The notes under the pieces are model-generated. The model ran no database searches. It worked only from the letters and a program-made list of their open reading frames with translations, and was not told the DNA's origin. A program made the translations under genes and the position numbers. From positions 1 to 64,000 of IMG/VR virus record IMGVR_UViG_3300037455_000462: a stretch of DNA of 64,000 nt. One strand, written 5' to 3'. This document shows, in pieces, positions 37,907 through 47,063 of the stretch. Numbering within the stretch: position 1 is the stretch's first letter; every line of letters begins with the position of its first letter. This stretch comes from a virus (Duplodnaviria; Caudoviricetes).

Positions 37907-40378
37907 TTATTTGTAAAACGGGCTGTTGTTTCTGCCCTTACAATTTTCGTCAAGTTCGATGTAGCAGCGTGACAATGGTTCATATTCGGGATTTACGCAC
38001 CAATCCAAATACTTTTTGAACTGGCTCATTATATCATAATTGTAGATAACAAAAAGCAACTTGTTCTTCATAGGTATGAGTTTTTTCAATGGATTTGCGT
38101 TGAACTCGCCGTCCGTCAAGAAAATCCATACGGAGAATCTGTCGTTCTGCACATTCTTCAATGCGTAATCAACACATTCGTTAACCTTTGTTGCAGTTCT
38201 GCCCGCATTATTGCTGTTAACCATATTCAGAATCTTCGTTATAGCCGCGTCTTTGTCTCTCTTGACCTCATCAGCCTTGAAGTAAACGGATGAACCCGTG
38301 TCGAGATTCCTTGCAAACGGCATAAGCGTAAGTCCAGAATATTCGAGTTTGTCGCAGCAATCGACAATTGTGTTGGCGAAAAGTTCGACAGTATTCCTAT
38401 CCACGGAATTTGATGTATCCACAAACACGTTTATATTCTGCGGTGCTGCATCGTTTTTGGGGTGATATGGCTGAATTATGTCGTGTGCAAGCGTTCTTCT
38501 GTTACCCCAACGAATCTTGTTTCTATCGGGTATCTTATGTTTTTTGTTGGCGTAGAGTGTATTGGATTCAAGGAATTTCTTGACAACTTCCTGCCATAAA
38601 TCATTTATGGTCTGCTGACTCATCTTCAACTTTGTGAATAATTTGCCCAACGCGCTTTTAGGACTGTTTTTGACAATATCATCACGTAGTTTTTGTATAT
38701 CGTCACCGCCCATAACGGGTCTGCTTGACAAATCGTGCATCAAATCCTTTATGCTATCCTCACCAAAACCGCTTCGTTTCAATGATTCACCAAGTCTTGA
38801 ATTCAAATCGCTCTGCCTAATCATCTCACCGACAACCCTCTGATTGACACGCTCGGTACTGTGGTTTATTCTGCCGCCATAGTCAAGAACCTTGCTCTTT
38901 CTATCACGGTTTCTTTCCTTTCTGTCAGTTCCATCGGAATAACCGTGTTGCTTTTTCTCGGAACGTTTGTCAATAACAGTGTCGGAATTGCCATTATTAG
39001 CCTTGCTTTCGTCACCGTTTTGACTATCCTGCTGATTGCCTTGCTGTCCGCTCTGCTGTCCGCTCTGCTGTCCGCTCTGCTGTCCGCTCTGCTCGCCGTT
39101 TTCTCGACTGCTTTCTTCACCATTTTGACCATTCTGCTGACTTCTCTGTTGACTTGCCTGCTGCTGTCCGTTGTCGGAACTGCTGTTCATATCTGCGGAG
39201 TTATCCGCTTCATCAACCGCTCTGTCAGCCGACCTTTGGGCTTTGTCGTTTTCGCCTTGTGCTTTCTTTGCATTTTCCCTTGCCGCATCGGTATCGCCTT
39301 TTTCGGCGGCTTCCTTTGCGCTGTCGGCTGCGTCTTGTGCGTCATTGGCTGCATCGTTTGCCTTATCAGCCGCTTCCTGCGCTTTGTCTGCGGACTGCTG
39401 CGCTCTATCAGCCTTTGACTTTGCGTTTTGGTATTCTTGTGAATCCTCGCCGTATTTACGCTTTGCTTTCTCGGCGGCTTCCTTTGCTTTGTCGGCTATA
39501 TCCTGCGCATCGTTTGCCGCTTCCTGCGCGTCATTTGCCGCATCCCAAGCATCTTCAGCAGCCTTTTGCGCTTCGTCAGCAGCCTCATCAGCGGACATAT
39601 CGGAAACGTTCTTTTGACCGCCGCCGTTGGAATCACCATTTTCGCCATTTGATTCCTTTTCTGCGTCTTGAGCAAACCAAGAGTTCATCTTGGCATCGTC
39701 CGCTGCGTTTTTCGCATCATTCGCATTCTCGCTTGCGCTGCCTGCGGCATCCCTTGCGGATTGGGTATCGCCATTCTTTGCCGCTTCTCTTGCCTTGTTA
39801 GCGTCACTTTGTGCTTTGTCTGCCGATTCCTGCGCTGAATCAGCGGCTTCCTGCGCATCGTTTGCTGCGGATGCCGCCTCGTCCGCGAGGTCTTTCATAT
39901 CCTTGTATTCCTGCGAATTTTCACCGAACTGTGCCTTTGCTTTCTCCGCATTTTCATTCGCTTTGTCCGCCGCGTTCTGTGCGCCGATAGCGGACTGACG
40001 TGCGGAATCAGCGGACTTCTGTGCTTTGTCTGCCGAATTCTGTGCGCTGTCAGCAGCCTCGTCAGCACTCATTTCGTCTATGCTTTTGGAACTGCTGCCG
40101 CCACTCTGACTATCGTCTTGCTGTTGACTATTATCCTTTTCGTCTGAAGGGAGAAGGCTGTCGTCTGACGATGAATCACCACCGCCTTGCTGATTCTTGT
40201 TCGGAACAATGGCACGCTCTTTATGGGTTTCGGGTTTTTTCTCTTCCTGCTGACCGCCTCCCCCTGGGGGTGGTGTTCCGCCAATCAATTCACCCATACT
40301 GTCGGACAAACCTTTTACAAGACCGTCCTCGTATTTGCTATAACCATTCGGTATTTCGGATTCGTTTATTTGTTTCAT
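37907..40378 (-). CDS. VWA-domain protein with long Ala/Asp/Gln-rich repetitive stalk
   Basis: MIDAS VFVDTSNSV..T..LTDGE; duplicated MSADEAA coiled-coil blocks. Confidence 0.8.
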   Translation of the reverse strand: MKQINESEIPNGYSKYEDGLVKGLSDSMGELIGGTPPPGGGGQQEEKKPETHKERAIVPNKNQQGGGDSSSDDSLLPSDEKDNSQQQDDSQSGGSSSKSIDEMSADEAADSAQNSADKAQKSADSARQSAIGAQNAADKANENAEKAKAQFGENSQEYKDMKDLADEAASAANDAQEAADSAQESADKAQSDANKAREAAKNGDTQSARDAAGSASENANDAKNAADDAKMNSWFAQDAEKESNGENGDSNGGGQKNVSDMSADEAADEAQKAAEDAWDAANDAQEAANDAQDIADKAKEAAEKAKRKYGEDSQEYQNAKSKADRAQQSADKAQEAADKANDAANDAQDAADSAKEAAEKGDTDAARENAKKAQGENDKAQRSADRAVDEADNSADMNSSSDNGQQQASQQRSQQNGQNGEESSRENGEQSGQQSGQQSGQQSGQQGNQQDSQNGDESKANNGNSDTVIDKRSEKKQHGYSDGTDRKERNRDRKSKVLDYGGRINHSTERVNQRVVGEMIRQSDLNSRLGESLKRSGFGEDSIKDLMHDLSSRPVMGGDDIQKLRDDIVKNSPKSALGKLFTKLKMSQQTINDLWQEVVKKFLESNTLYANKKHKIPDRNKIRWGNRRTLAHDIIQPYHPKNDAAPQNINVFVDTSNSVDRNTVELFANTIVDCCDKLEYSGLTLMPFARNLDTGSSVYFKADEVKRDKDAAITKILNMVNSNNAGRTATKVNECVDYALKNVQNDRFSVWIFLTDGEFNANPLKKLIPMKNKLLFVIYNYDIMSQFKKYLDWCVNPEYEPLSRCYIELDENCKGRNNSPFYK
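39042..39089. repeat. 4 x 12-bp perfect tandem repeat (encodes SGQQ)
   Basis: TGCTGTCCGCTC x4. Confidence 0.9.
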
Positions 40379-40404
40379 ATATCAGTCTTTTGTTTTTAAC
40401 ACCG

Positions 40405-40460
40405 CAAAAATATAAAATTTTTTTATACACAGTGCATTTTTTTACGAAAAGTTATCAACA
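40405..40460 (-). promoter_or_regulatory. Putative early promoter with DnaA-box-like site
   Basis: TGTTGATAAC (40460-40451), 38 nt gap, TATTTTTG (40412-40405). Confidence 0.65.
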
Positions 40461-40469
40461 CAATCTTGC

Positions 40470-41372
40470 TTATTGTTTTGCTCCGAATCTGCTGCGGAGT
40501 TCTTCGGCTACTTTGCTCATATCGCCGCCATATTTCTTTGAAAGACTTTCAAGTTCCTCAAACGTCTTTGTCGCATTGCGCTTATTAGCCTTGTATAATT
40601 GTCTAACAAGTTCCCTTCCGTCACGGTGTCCGTCCTTCCATTCAACAGAAGTCGGGATTTTGTTTTTCTTTTCTTGGTCGTTGTCGTCATTCTGCTGTTG
40701 TTGCTTCTGCTGCTGTTTCTGCTGCTGTCTCTGTTGCTTTTGCGCATTAGCCTTTTTCTGTCTGTCAATATAAAACTTGAAATCCTTTATAATGGTTTCC
40801 ATCGGAATACCTATAAGGCGTTTCTCATACCAACAGTCTATGGAAGGCCAGAACTCCTCGTTGCATAGACCGTCACTCACCATCATTCCGTTGATTTCCA
40901 AGTCGCCCGCAATATTGAGGTCTCCCCAAGTAGCCTTCGGAGTATTGACGGCATTATATGCGTGCATTCTCGAAATGTGGGCAAGCATAGAGTGCATAGC
41001 CTCGTGATAAAGACATCTGAACACACCGATTGCGCTCATATTCAAACCTCTTGGTGGTTTGTTATACAAGAAGCCGACATTTATGCAATAAATCATATTG
41101 TCGCTGACACACATAGTCGGAGTGACATAATCGTCCAACAAATACACAATGGTCGCACCACGAATGTACTTATATTCGTATGGATGGGTGTTCTTGAAAT
41201 ACATCAACGCGCTGTTAACGAGGTCAACAAACCTGCTGCCCTCGACCACATTGCCGTCATCCATAAGGATTCCGCCCATAGCGATAAGGTCTTCCGCATT
41301 GCCACCCTCTATATTGGTGTAACTTTCAAGAAGCACGGAATACTTCGTTGAGTCGTATATGTAATTTTTCAT
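40470..41372 (-). CDS. HExxH metallopeptidase-like protein (DUF2201 N-terminal type)
   Basis: TPTMCV, LYHEAMHSMLAH, NIAGDLEIN; Gln-rich linker. Confidence 0.75.
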   Translation of the reverse strand: MKNYIYDSTKYSVLLESYTNIEGGNAEDLIAMGGILMDDGNVVEGSRFVDLVNSALMYFKNTHPYEYKYIRGATIVYLLDDYVTPTMCVSDNMIYCINVGFLYNKPPRGLNMSAIGVFRCLYHEAMHSMLAHISRMHAYNAVNTPKATWGDLNIAGDLEINGMMVSDGLCNEEFWPSIDCWYEKRLIGIPMETIIKDFKFYIDRQKKANAQKQQRQQQKQQQKQQQQNDDNDQEKKNKIPTSVEWKDGHRDGRELVRQLYKANKRNATKTFEELESLSKKYGGDMSKVAEELRSRFGAKQ

Positions 41373-41388
41373 TGCCAAAAAATATTTC

Positions 41389-41420
41389 AAAACTCCCAAC
41401 CTATGAGATTGGGAGTTTTT
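41389..41420 (-). terminator. Terminator-like hairpin
   Basis: AAAACTCCCAA / TTGGGAGTTTT. Confidence 0.65.
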
Positions 41421-41426
41421 ATGTTA

Positions 41427-44285
41427 TTAAATCATTGACTTCGGTATAGAATCATACAATCCCTTCAAGTCAATGTCGGGGTGATTCTTTTGATAGTTCC
41501 TCCAAATAGCGATGTACTGTTCACTTTTTTCGTCACCCTTGGTATAGTTAACGCCCGTGAGGTCGCAGTATTTGAACACCCTCGCAATGAAGTCGCTTGA
41601 TGTGTTGCCACCTTTGTTGTCGTAGTTGATTTCCAAGAACTTGATTAAGTTTTCCAATTCGTGTGGAGATATCGGATTTTTCACGTTGTAGTGGCGCATA
41701 ATGTAACGTTTCAGATAATTCGTCATAACAACGGATTTCGTATCTTCAACCCTCATAGTCGGATTGGCAACGATGTCCTCGTATTTGTACTTGAACACGC
41801 CGTTACCTTGGTTGTCCATATAGTCTTCGACATATTCTTCAGCCGTTTTGTCTGGGAGGAATTTCTTTACAATTCTCTTGAACTCCTTTTCTCCGAGTTC
41901 GGTGTAAGACTTCAGTCCGCGAAGTCTGCAAACACGGTTGAGTTCTTCAATGCAGAAAGACCAAGAACGAGGGCTAATCTGACGGGTCTTGTTGCCCGTT
42001 GTTGATTCAGTAGGGTCAATGTTATGCCACCTTGAATTCTTGGTGTCAGCACCCATAGCACCTATATGGTCGATTGTGAAATCGTCAAATCCGCCTTTCT
42101 CTTTCGCCCATTTAGCCCATTCCTTGAAGTCGGGAACAAAGTTCACTGAAACGAAACGCTGTTTCAGAGCATCGCTCAACAACTGCCAATTCTGATTCAC
42201 TTGGATATCGTCAGTAGGTCTGTTGGAGCAAGCCATACAATACCATTTGCTGCCGAGTCTGTAACCCGAAGTGGTCTGACGGTTCATCATAATCTGTGCG
42301 ATACCGAACAATGTGTCGGGGTCTGCACGCAGGAACTCGTCAAACATCAAGATACCGCCGCCGCCGTGGACTTCGCTGTCCATTTCGATTCCGTCCTTGT
42401 CGTAAACAATGTCAACAGAACCGTTTGCTTCCGCATTACGAGCCTTGTCTATTTCACGGTCGCCCGTTGGTTGCCACATAGGAAGCCAACTCTTCGGGGC
42501 ATCGGAAGAATGCGCCGAAATATATTTCTTGAAATCCTTGTCAGTCATATTCCTGCCCTTGACCATTTCTTGGATTACGGGGTTTTGTTTGACCCTCTCG
42601 ATGTCAATGTCATTTATCTTGACGGGCATAGGCATAAACAAGTCACCCGCCTGCAAGGTGGAACAGTCCACAACAATGATTGACATCATATTTCCCGTAG
42701 AACCGCCGCTTTCAGCGATTTTCTTGTTTGCCGCTTTTATAAGGATTGATGGGATTGTGGTCTTTCCGATACCTGGCGCACCCCAAACCAACATAGGCTT
42801 ACCCGTTGGACGACCGTCCATAAGGATTTCGTTGATGTTGTCGTTCAAGTCATTCTCCAACTCGGAAGTGGTGACATCAACGGCATCTATGTTGAGGTAG
42901 GTTTGACCGCCTTCTTTCTCGATGGCTTTCAGTCCGACACGGCGTTCATTGACCTCAACGGATTCGCTGATACCCGCAGCCTTTGAAACGTAGTCCAAGA
43001 ATTTGAGGTAGTTGTCATATTCGAGACTGCCCTTTTCGATTTTGTCATAGTAACCGCTCTTTGAAGGATAGTTGACGGGCTTTCCGATTTCGGCATAAAC
43101 GCCGCGAATCTTGTGCTTGTGGATGAAGTTAACAATGTTCTGCGGCAAGTTAGCACCGAACATATCGAATGTCTTGCCGACAACGAATGTGAATCCGTCC
43201 ATAAGTTTTATACCGACACTCTTGAAAGCACCTTTGATTTTGTCAAACGCTTTCTTGGCGTAGTCGCCGATAACACCCTCGTTCATCACATAGTTCTCTT
43301 GGATGAACTTGGCTGTATCCATAACGTAGGTTTTTTGTTCGTCTGTGTCCATAATTCCAGTATTTCTGTAACTTTTCAATGTTTTAACCTTTCGCTTAAC
43401 GTCTTGGGCATTGCCGACCATAGCACTCATCTGCTTCCTTGATATTTCGGCATCGTCAACGCTCATCTGACCGATAACGGGCATATATCCGAGGAACGGG
43501 TTGATTGTGGCTTCCCAATGGTCGATGACCTCTTGCTTATCGAAGTCTGAAGCAACAAACATATTCTTAACGGATTCAGCACTTGAAAGTTCCCACTCAC
43601 GTATTGAATCGTTATTGAATGTTGATTTGTAGAACATACCGTCAAAGACAGTTCCGTTTGAAACATTCCAACCGCTCAAGTCAACGTTTGGTAAATCCTT
43701 GAATGCGAATACAGCGCAGAAGTTCTTAACGTCTGTCACATTGAAAATGGAGTAGGGGAGTTCGACATCCTGCGTTGTCATACCTTCCAACTCGCCTTTC
43801 AGAAGCATATCGTAAACAAGGTCTGCCGCATAGTTTATATCCCTCTTATCACCTTGGATATACGCTTTGTCACCACGGTTTTTAAGGGTTATCTCTTGGT
43901 GCGAAAGCCAATCGGCTTGTTCATCAGAAAGAGATTTGGACTTGCTTGCGTTTTCCTTCTGATTTTGTCTGACCTCGAAGTCGTGCATAGACTTGACACC
44001 CTTCATATCGTCATCATCGTCATCGGGAATATCGTTTTCGAGAGAGTTGTTTCCGATGTTTTCGTCATCAACGTCATCGAAGAATCCCTCATTGACAACC
44101 ATACGGCTGTTTCTGTTTTTAAGGAGTTCGTCAACGGATTCAGAAATCATTTGCGAATTCTCCGCGAAAAACTGCTCATAAAGTTTTCTTTTTTCCGAAA
44201 TAGGCAGGCTCTTGTCAACCTTGTTCCAAAAGTTTTCCCTTGCGTATTTTGAAACAATGCCTATATTGTAATCAAATGCGTTCAT
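41427..44285 (-). CDS. MoxR-like AAA+ ATPase with N-terminal DUF285-like repeats
   Basis: WGAPGIGKT, ILMFDEFLRA, ACSNR, ALKQRF, SPRSW; GWNVSNGTVFDGMF repeats. Confidence 0.8.
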   Translation of the reverse strand: MNAFDYNIGIVSKYARENFWNKVDKSLPISEKRKLYEQFFAENSQMISESVDELLKNRNSRMVVNEGFFDDVDDENIGNNSLENDIPDDDDDDMKGVKSMHDFEVRQNQKENASKSKSLSDEQADWLSHQEITLKNRGDKAYIQGDKRDINYAADLVYDMLLKGELEGMTTQDVELPYSIFNVTDVKNFCAVFAFKDLPNVDLSGWNVSNGTVFDGMFYKSTFNNDSIREWELSSAESVKNMFVASDFDKQEVIDHWEATINPFLGYMPVIGQMSVDDAEISRKQMSAMVGNAQDVKRKVKTLKSYRNTGIMDTDEQKTYVMDTAKFIQENYVMNEGVIGDYAKKAFDKIKGAFKSVGIKLMDGFTFVVGKTFDMFGANLPQNIVNFIHKHKIRGVYAEIGKPVNYPSKSGYYDKIEKGSLEYDNYLKFLDYVSKAAGISESVEVNERRVGLKAIEKEGGQTYLNIDAVDVTTSELENDLNDNINEILMDGRPTGKPMLVWGAPGIGKTTIPSILIKAANKKIAESGGSTGNMMSIIVVDCSTLQAGDLFMPMPVKINDIDIERVKQNPVIQEMVKGRNMTDKDFKKYISAHSSDAPKSWLPMWQPTGDREIDKARNAEANGSVDIVYDKDGIEMDSEVHGGGGILMFDEFLRADPDTLFGIAQIMMNRQTTSGYRLGSKWYCMACSNRPTDDIQVNQNWQLLSDALKQRFVSVNFVPDFKEWAKWAKEKGGFDDFTIDHIGAMGADTKNSRWHNIDPTESTTGNKTRQISPRSWSFCIEELNRVCRLRGLKSYTELGEKEFKRIVKKFLPDKTAEEYVEDYMDNQGNGVFKYKYEDIVANPTMRVEDTKSVVMTNYLKRYIMRHYNVKNPISPHELENLIKFLEINYDNKGGNTSSDFIARVFKYCDLTGVNYTKGDEKSEQYIAIWRNYQKNHPDIDLKGLYDSIPKSMI

Positions 44286-44307
44286 ATATGATGAATAATG
44301 TTTTTTC

Positions 44308-46284
44308 TTATTGTTCTGGGATATTGATTTGTGAAATAAGGTCTTCCTTCCAATCCAAACCGTTCAAGAAACTCTCTTTGAGAGAACCGTTCACGAAAGC
44401 ACGCCAAGTCAGATACTGACCGCGACCCTCGATAAATTCGTTCTCAACGGTTTCGATTACCTCATCAACATATTGTGGCGGAACAGCCCAACTTTCATCG
44501 TTGGTTTCTTTCACTTGTTGGAGTTTAGCCTTGACTTTCGTCCAAATGACAAGAACGGGCGGTGCTATGCGGTAGAACTTGCAGCGTCCTCTGATTGCGC
44601 CCCAACTGTCACCCAACTGACTTGAAAGTTTCTGCTCTGAAAGGTTGGTGATAATGATGAACCTGCTCATAATGTTCATTTCATCGGGTATCATACGCTC
44701 AATGCTCTTGACCTTTTCCTCTTCATCGGTCTGCTGCTGCGCCTTGCCTTTCTTGTTGAGTTTTTTCAACGTTTCTTGCGAAGGACATTCCTTCAGATAC
44801 CTTTTCTTGTAATTCACAATGCCGCCTTCCTTGCAACTCTCTATGCTGTAGAAATTGCCTCTGATAACATCGCCCATATCGGAAGCGGTCGGGCATTTCA
44901 CAGTAGGAAAGTCGCCTTTCGGCTCAAGAGCCTTTTTCCAAAAACCGATTTGGAAATCGCTGTCAAACAACTTCGGGGTATCGTCAAAAACAAGAACCTT
45001 TCCGTTGTTGTTGTATATGAAATTGTAAAGTTCCTTTGCGTTGCAGGTGGTGTTGTCACGCTCGGCATAGTCCCTTCCTTTTTCAAGTCTCATTTCTTTC
45101 TTGATTTCGTTCCAAGTTTCGGACTTACCGATACCGCCGACACCGCTGATGAAGATGGCGGGCGCACCGACATCCAATCTGTCCAATTTCTGAACCCTCG
45201 TGAGTTTGCAGAACTCAACAAGGAACTGTGTTCTTTTCTTCAAATCTTCCATCTGCGTGAAGTACAAATCAACCAATTTCTTGAACTCGCTGAAATTGTT
45301 TTTGTACATAATATTCACGAGACTGATGTCAATACCACGGTATTCAGTACCGTATTCGCTCGTAACACCCTCGGCTACATTGACACTCTCGTTTGTGAGA
45401 ACGTTTGCCTTGATGCCGAACATATCGTCCGTACATATAATATACACCACGGCGCAATAAACCTCGATGGAACTGCGTTTGTTGACGGGAATACCGCCAG
45501 AGAGGATGCGGCGCAGTTTGATGCCCTCGGCATCGCCAACACAAAGGCTTTCCGCAATGTCGTATGGTCTGAAATCAATGTTTTTCATATGTTCAGCCAA
45601 GTCGTTGATACCCTCGACTGTAATCTTGTCACCAAGCCAACTCGGTTTCTTCGCCTCGTTCTTGACCCACTTCAACACGGCTACGGTCTTTGGGTTCTTT
45701 GCAATGGAATTCCAAGCGACCCTAATGTCGTCATTGGTGAGAGCCTCGTTAATCATTTCCTCGGTGAACTCGACTTGCATACCCTCGTACAGACCATTCT
45801 GATAAGCATCTGGGTTCTTGATTATGTCAAACAGCAGGTCAAGCATACGGACAATACCCATATTCTTCGCGCTGATTGTGTAGTCGGCAACCTGCGAATC
45901 CTCTTTCAGATTGTAACTCTTGTAATAACGGATAACCGAACTGCTGCCGTTCCCAACGGGGGTCAACGTGACGGCGTTGCCGTTTCCGAGACCGCTCATT
46001 ATGAGAATTGTGTTCGTTCCGTCAATCAACTTGAAGAACGTATGGAAATACGCTTTCCAACCGCAGTTCTTGTTCAAGAGCGCGATTACGCTTTCCGCCA
46101 TTTTCTTCATTTTCGGATTGTCCGCCACGACCAAATTAGGCTCTGTGGCAAACGGTGTCGCATTAAGTTTGTCCGCAATGGCAACAGTGTCGATTTCACT
46201 GCCGTTGGATTCAAGCAGAAGATTAGGGTCTTCTTTCACAGCACTTTTGCTTATGCGACTTATTGAATCAGATAAATTTTTCAT
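44308..46284 (-). CDS. AAA+-type P-loop ATPase
   Basis: ISGVGGIGKS, VLVFDD, IIITN, AIRGR; late promoter at 46314. Confidence 0.75.
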   Translation of the reverse strand: MKNLSDSISRISKSAVKEDPNLLLESNGSEIDTVAIADKLNATPFATEPNLVVADNPKMKKMAESVIALLNKNCGWKAYFHTFFKLIDGTNTILIMSGLGNGNAVTLTPVGNGSSSVIRYYKSYNLKEDSQVADYTISAKNMGIVRMLDLLFDIIKNPDAYQNGLYEGMQVEFTEEMINEALTNDDIRVAWNSIAKNPKTVAVLKWVKNEAKKPSWLGDKITVEGINDLAEHMKNIDFRPYDIAESLCVGDAEGIKLRRILSGGIPVNKRSSIEVYCAVVYIICTDDMFGIKANVLTNESVNVAEGVTSEYGTEYRGIDISLVNIMYKNNFSEFKKLVDLYFTQMEDLKKRTQFLVEFCKLTRVQKLDRLDVGAPAIFISGVGGIGKSETWNEIKKEMRLEKGRDYAERDNTTCNAKELYNFIYNNNGKVLVFDDTPKLFDSDFQIGFWKKALEPKGDFPTVKCPTASDMGDVIRGNFYSIESCKEGGIVNYKKRYLKECPSQETLKKLNKKGKAQQQTDEEEKVKSIERMIPDEMNIMSRFIIITNLSEQKLSSQLGDSWGAIRGRCKFYRIAPPVLVIWTKVKAKLQQVKETNDESWAVPPQYVDEVIETVENEFIEGRGQYLTWRAFVNGSLKESFLNGLDWKEDLISQINIPEQ

Positions 46285-46316
46285 ATTTAGAATTGTATTA
46301 TATATGGCAAATATAT

Positions 46317-47063
46317 TTATATGTTACGGGGATTCTGTTTCTGAAATTCATTTATGTCAACTTTAACCCAATCAAGATGTTCGCGTTTGTCCATCAAAAT
46401 GTACCAATGACCGCCGTAGTCACTTTCCTCCCAACACAACTTCGCGTAATAGATGGTTTTTCCGTGTATATCCATCAGAGGGTATCTGAACATTCTGTCG
46501 GATGAAACGTCTGTTGTCAATTCGCATTTGTCGTAATATTTCGCGGGGACATAATCCGCCCTCGCATAAACACGGAATCTTCTGTACTTCATCAAAGAAC
46601 GCAATCCGTCCGCAATATCGTCATAATCGTACAAATGAAATATCTCGTATTGTTCCTCCGTATTCATAAACGCAGGCATAATGCAGCAGAACGCATCAGA
46701 ACGCTTATGCCCAACGACATACCCGTTCTTTTCGAGTATGCGTATAGCATTGTCTATGTCGTTGGAGTTGACGGGAAACTTCCAAACCTCGTGTTCTATG
46801 TCGCAGTCTTTGTCGATAAACACGCCGCCGACCCGTGACTTGAACACGGAGTATTCCGTGTTTTTGTCATCAATGTCATACCACATAAGACTTGAAACGA
46901 GTGCCACGGCGACCGCTTTCATCCTCTCCACGTTGTTATTCGGCATTTCGTTGAATTTGTTGAATTCGTCCTTTTTGATTTTCAGATTCGACAATGACGC
47001 TCCGAGGTTTCCGAGCCTCTCCTTGCTTATGGGCTTTATGCCGAGTTTTTTTACGCCTTCCAT
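46317..47063 (-). CDS. Hypothetical protein with partial leader KLGIKPISKERL
   Basis: 248 aa ORF. Confidence 0.7.
   Translation of the reverse strand: MEGVKKLGIKPISKERLGNLGASLSNLKIKKDEFNKFNEMPNNNVERMKAVAVALVSSLMWYDIDDKNTEYSVFKSRVGGVFIDKDCDIEHEVWKFPVNSNDIDNAIRILEKNGYVVGHKRSDAFCCIMPAFMNTEEQYEIFHLYDYDDIADGLRSLMKYRRFRVYARADYVPAKYYDKCELTTDVSSDRMFRYPLMDIHGKTIYYAKLCWEESDYGGHWYILMDKREHLDWVKVDINEFQKQNPRNI

Noticed and set aside
39042-39089. Tandem repeats (also 12786-12966) as a CRISPR array
   Set aside because: In-frame coding repeats with no spacers and no cas genes.
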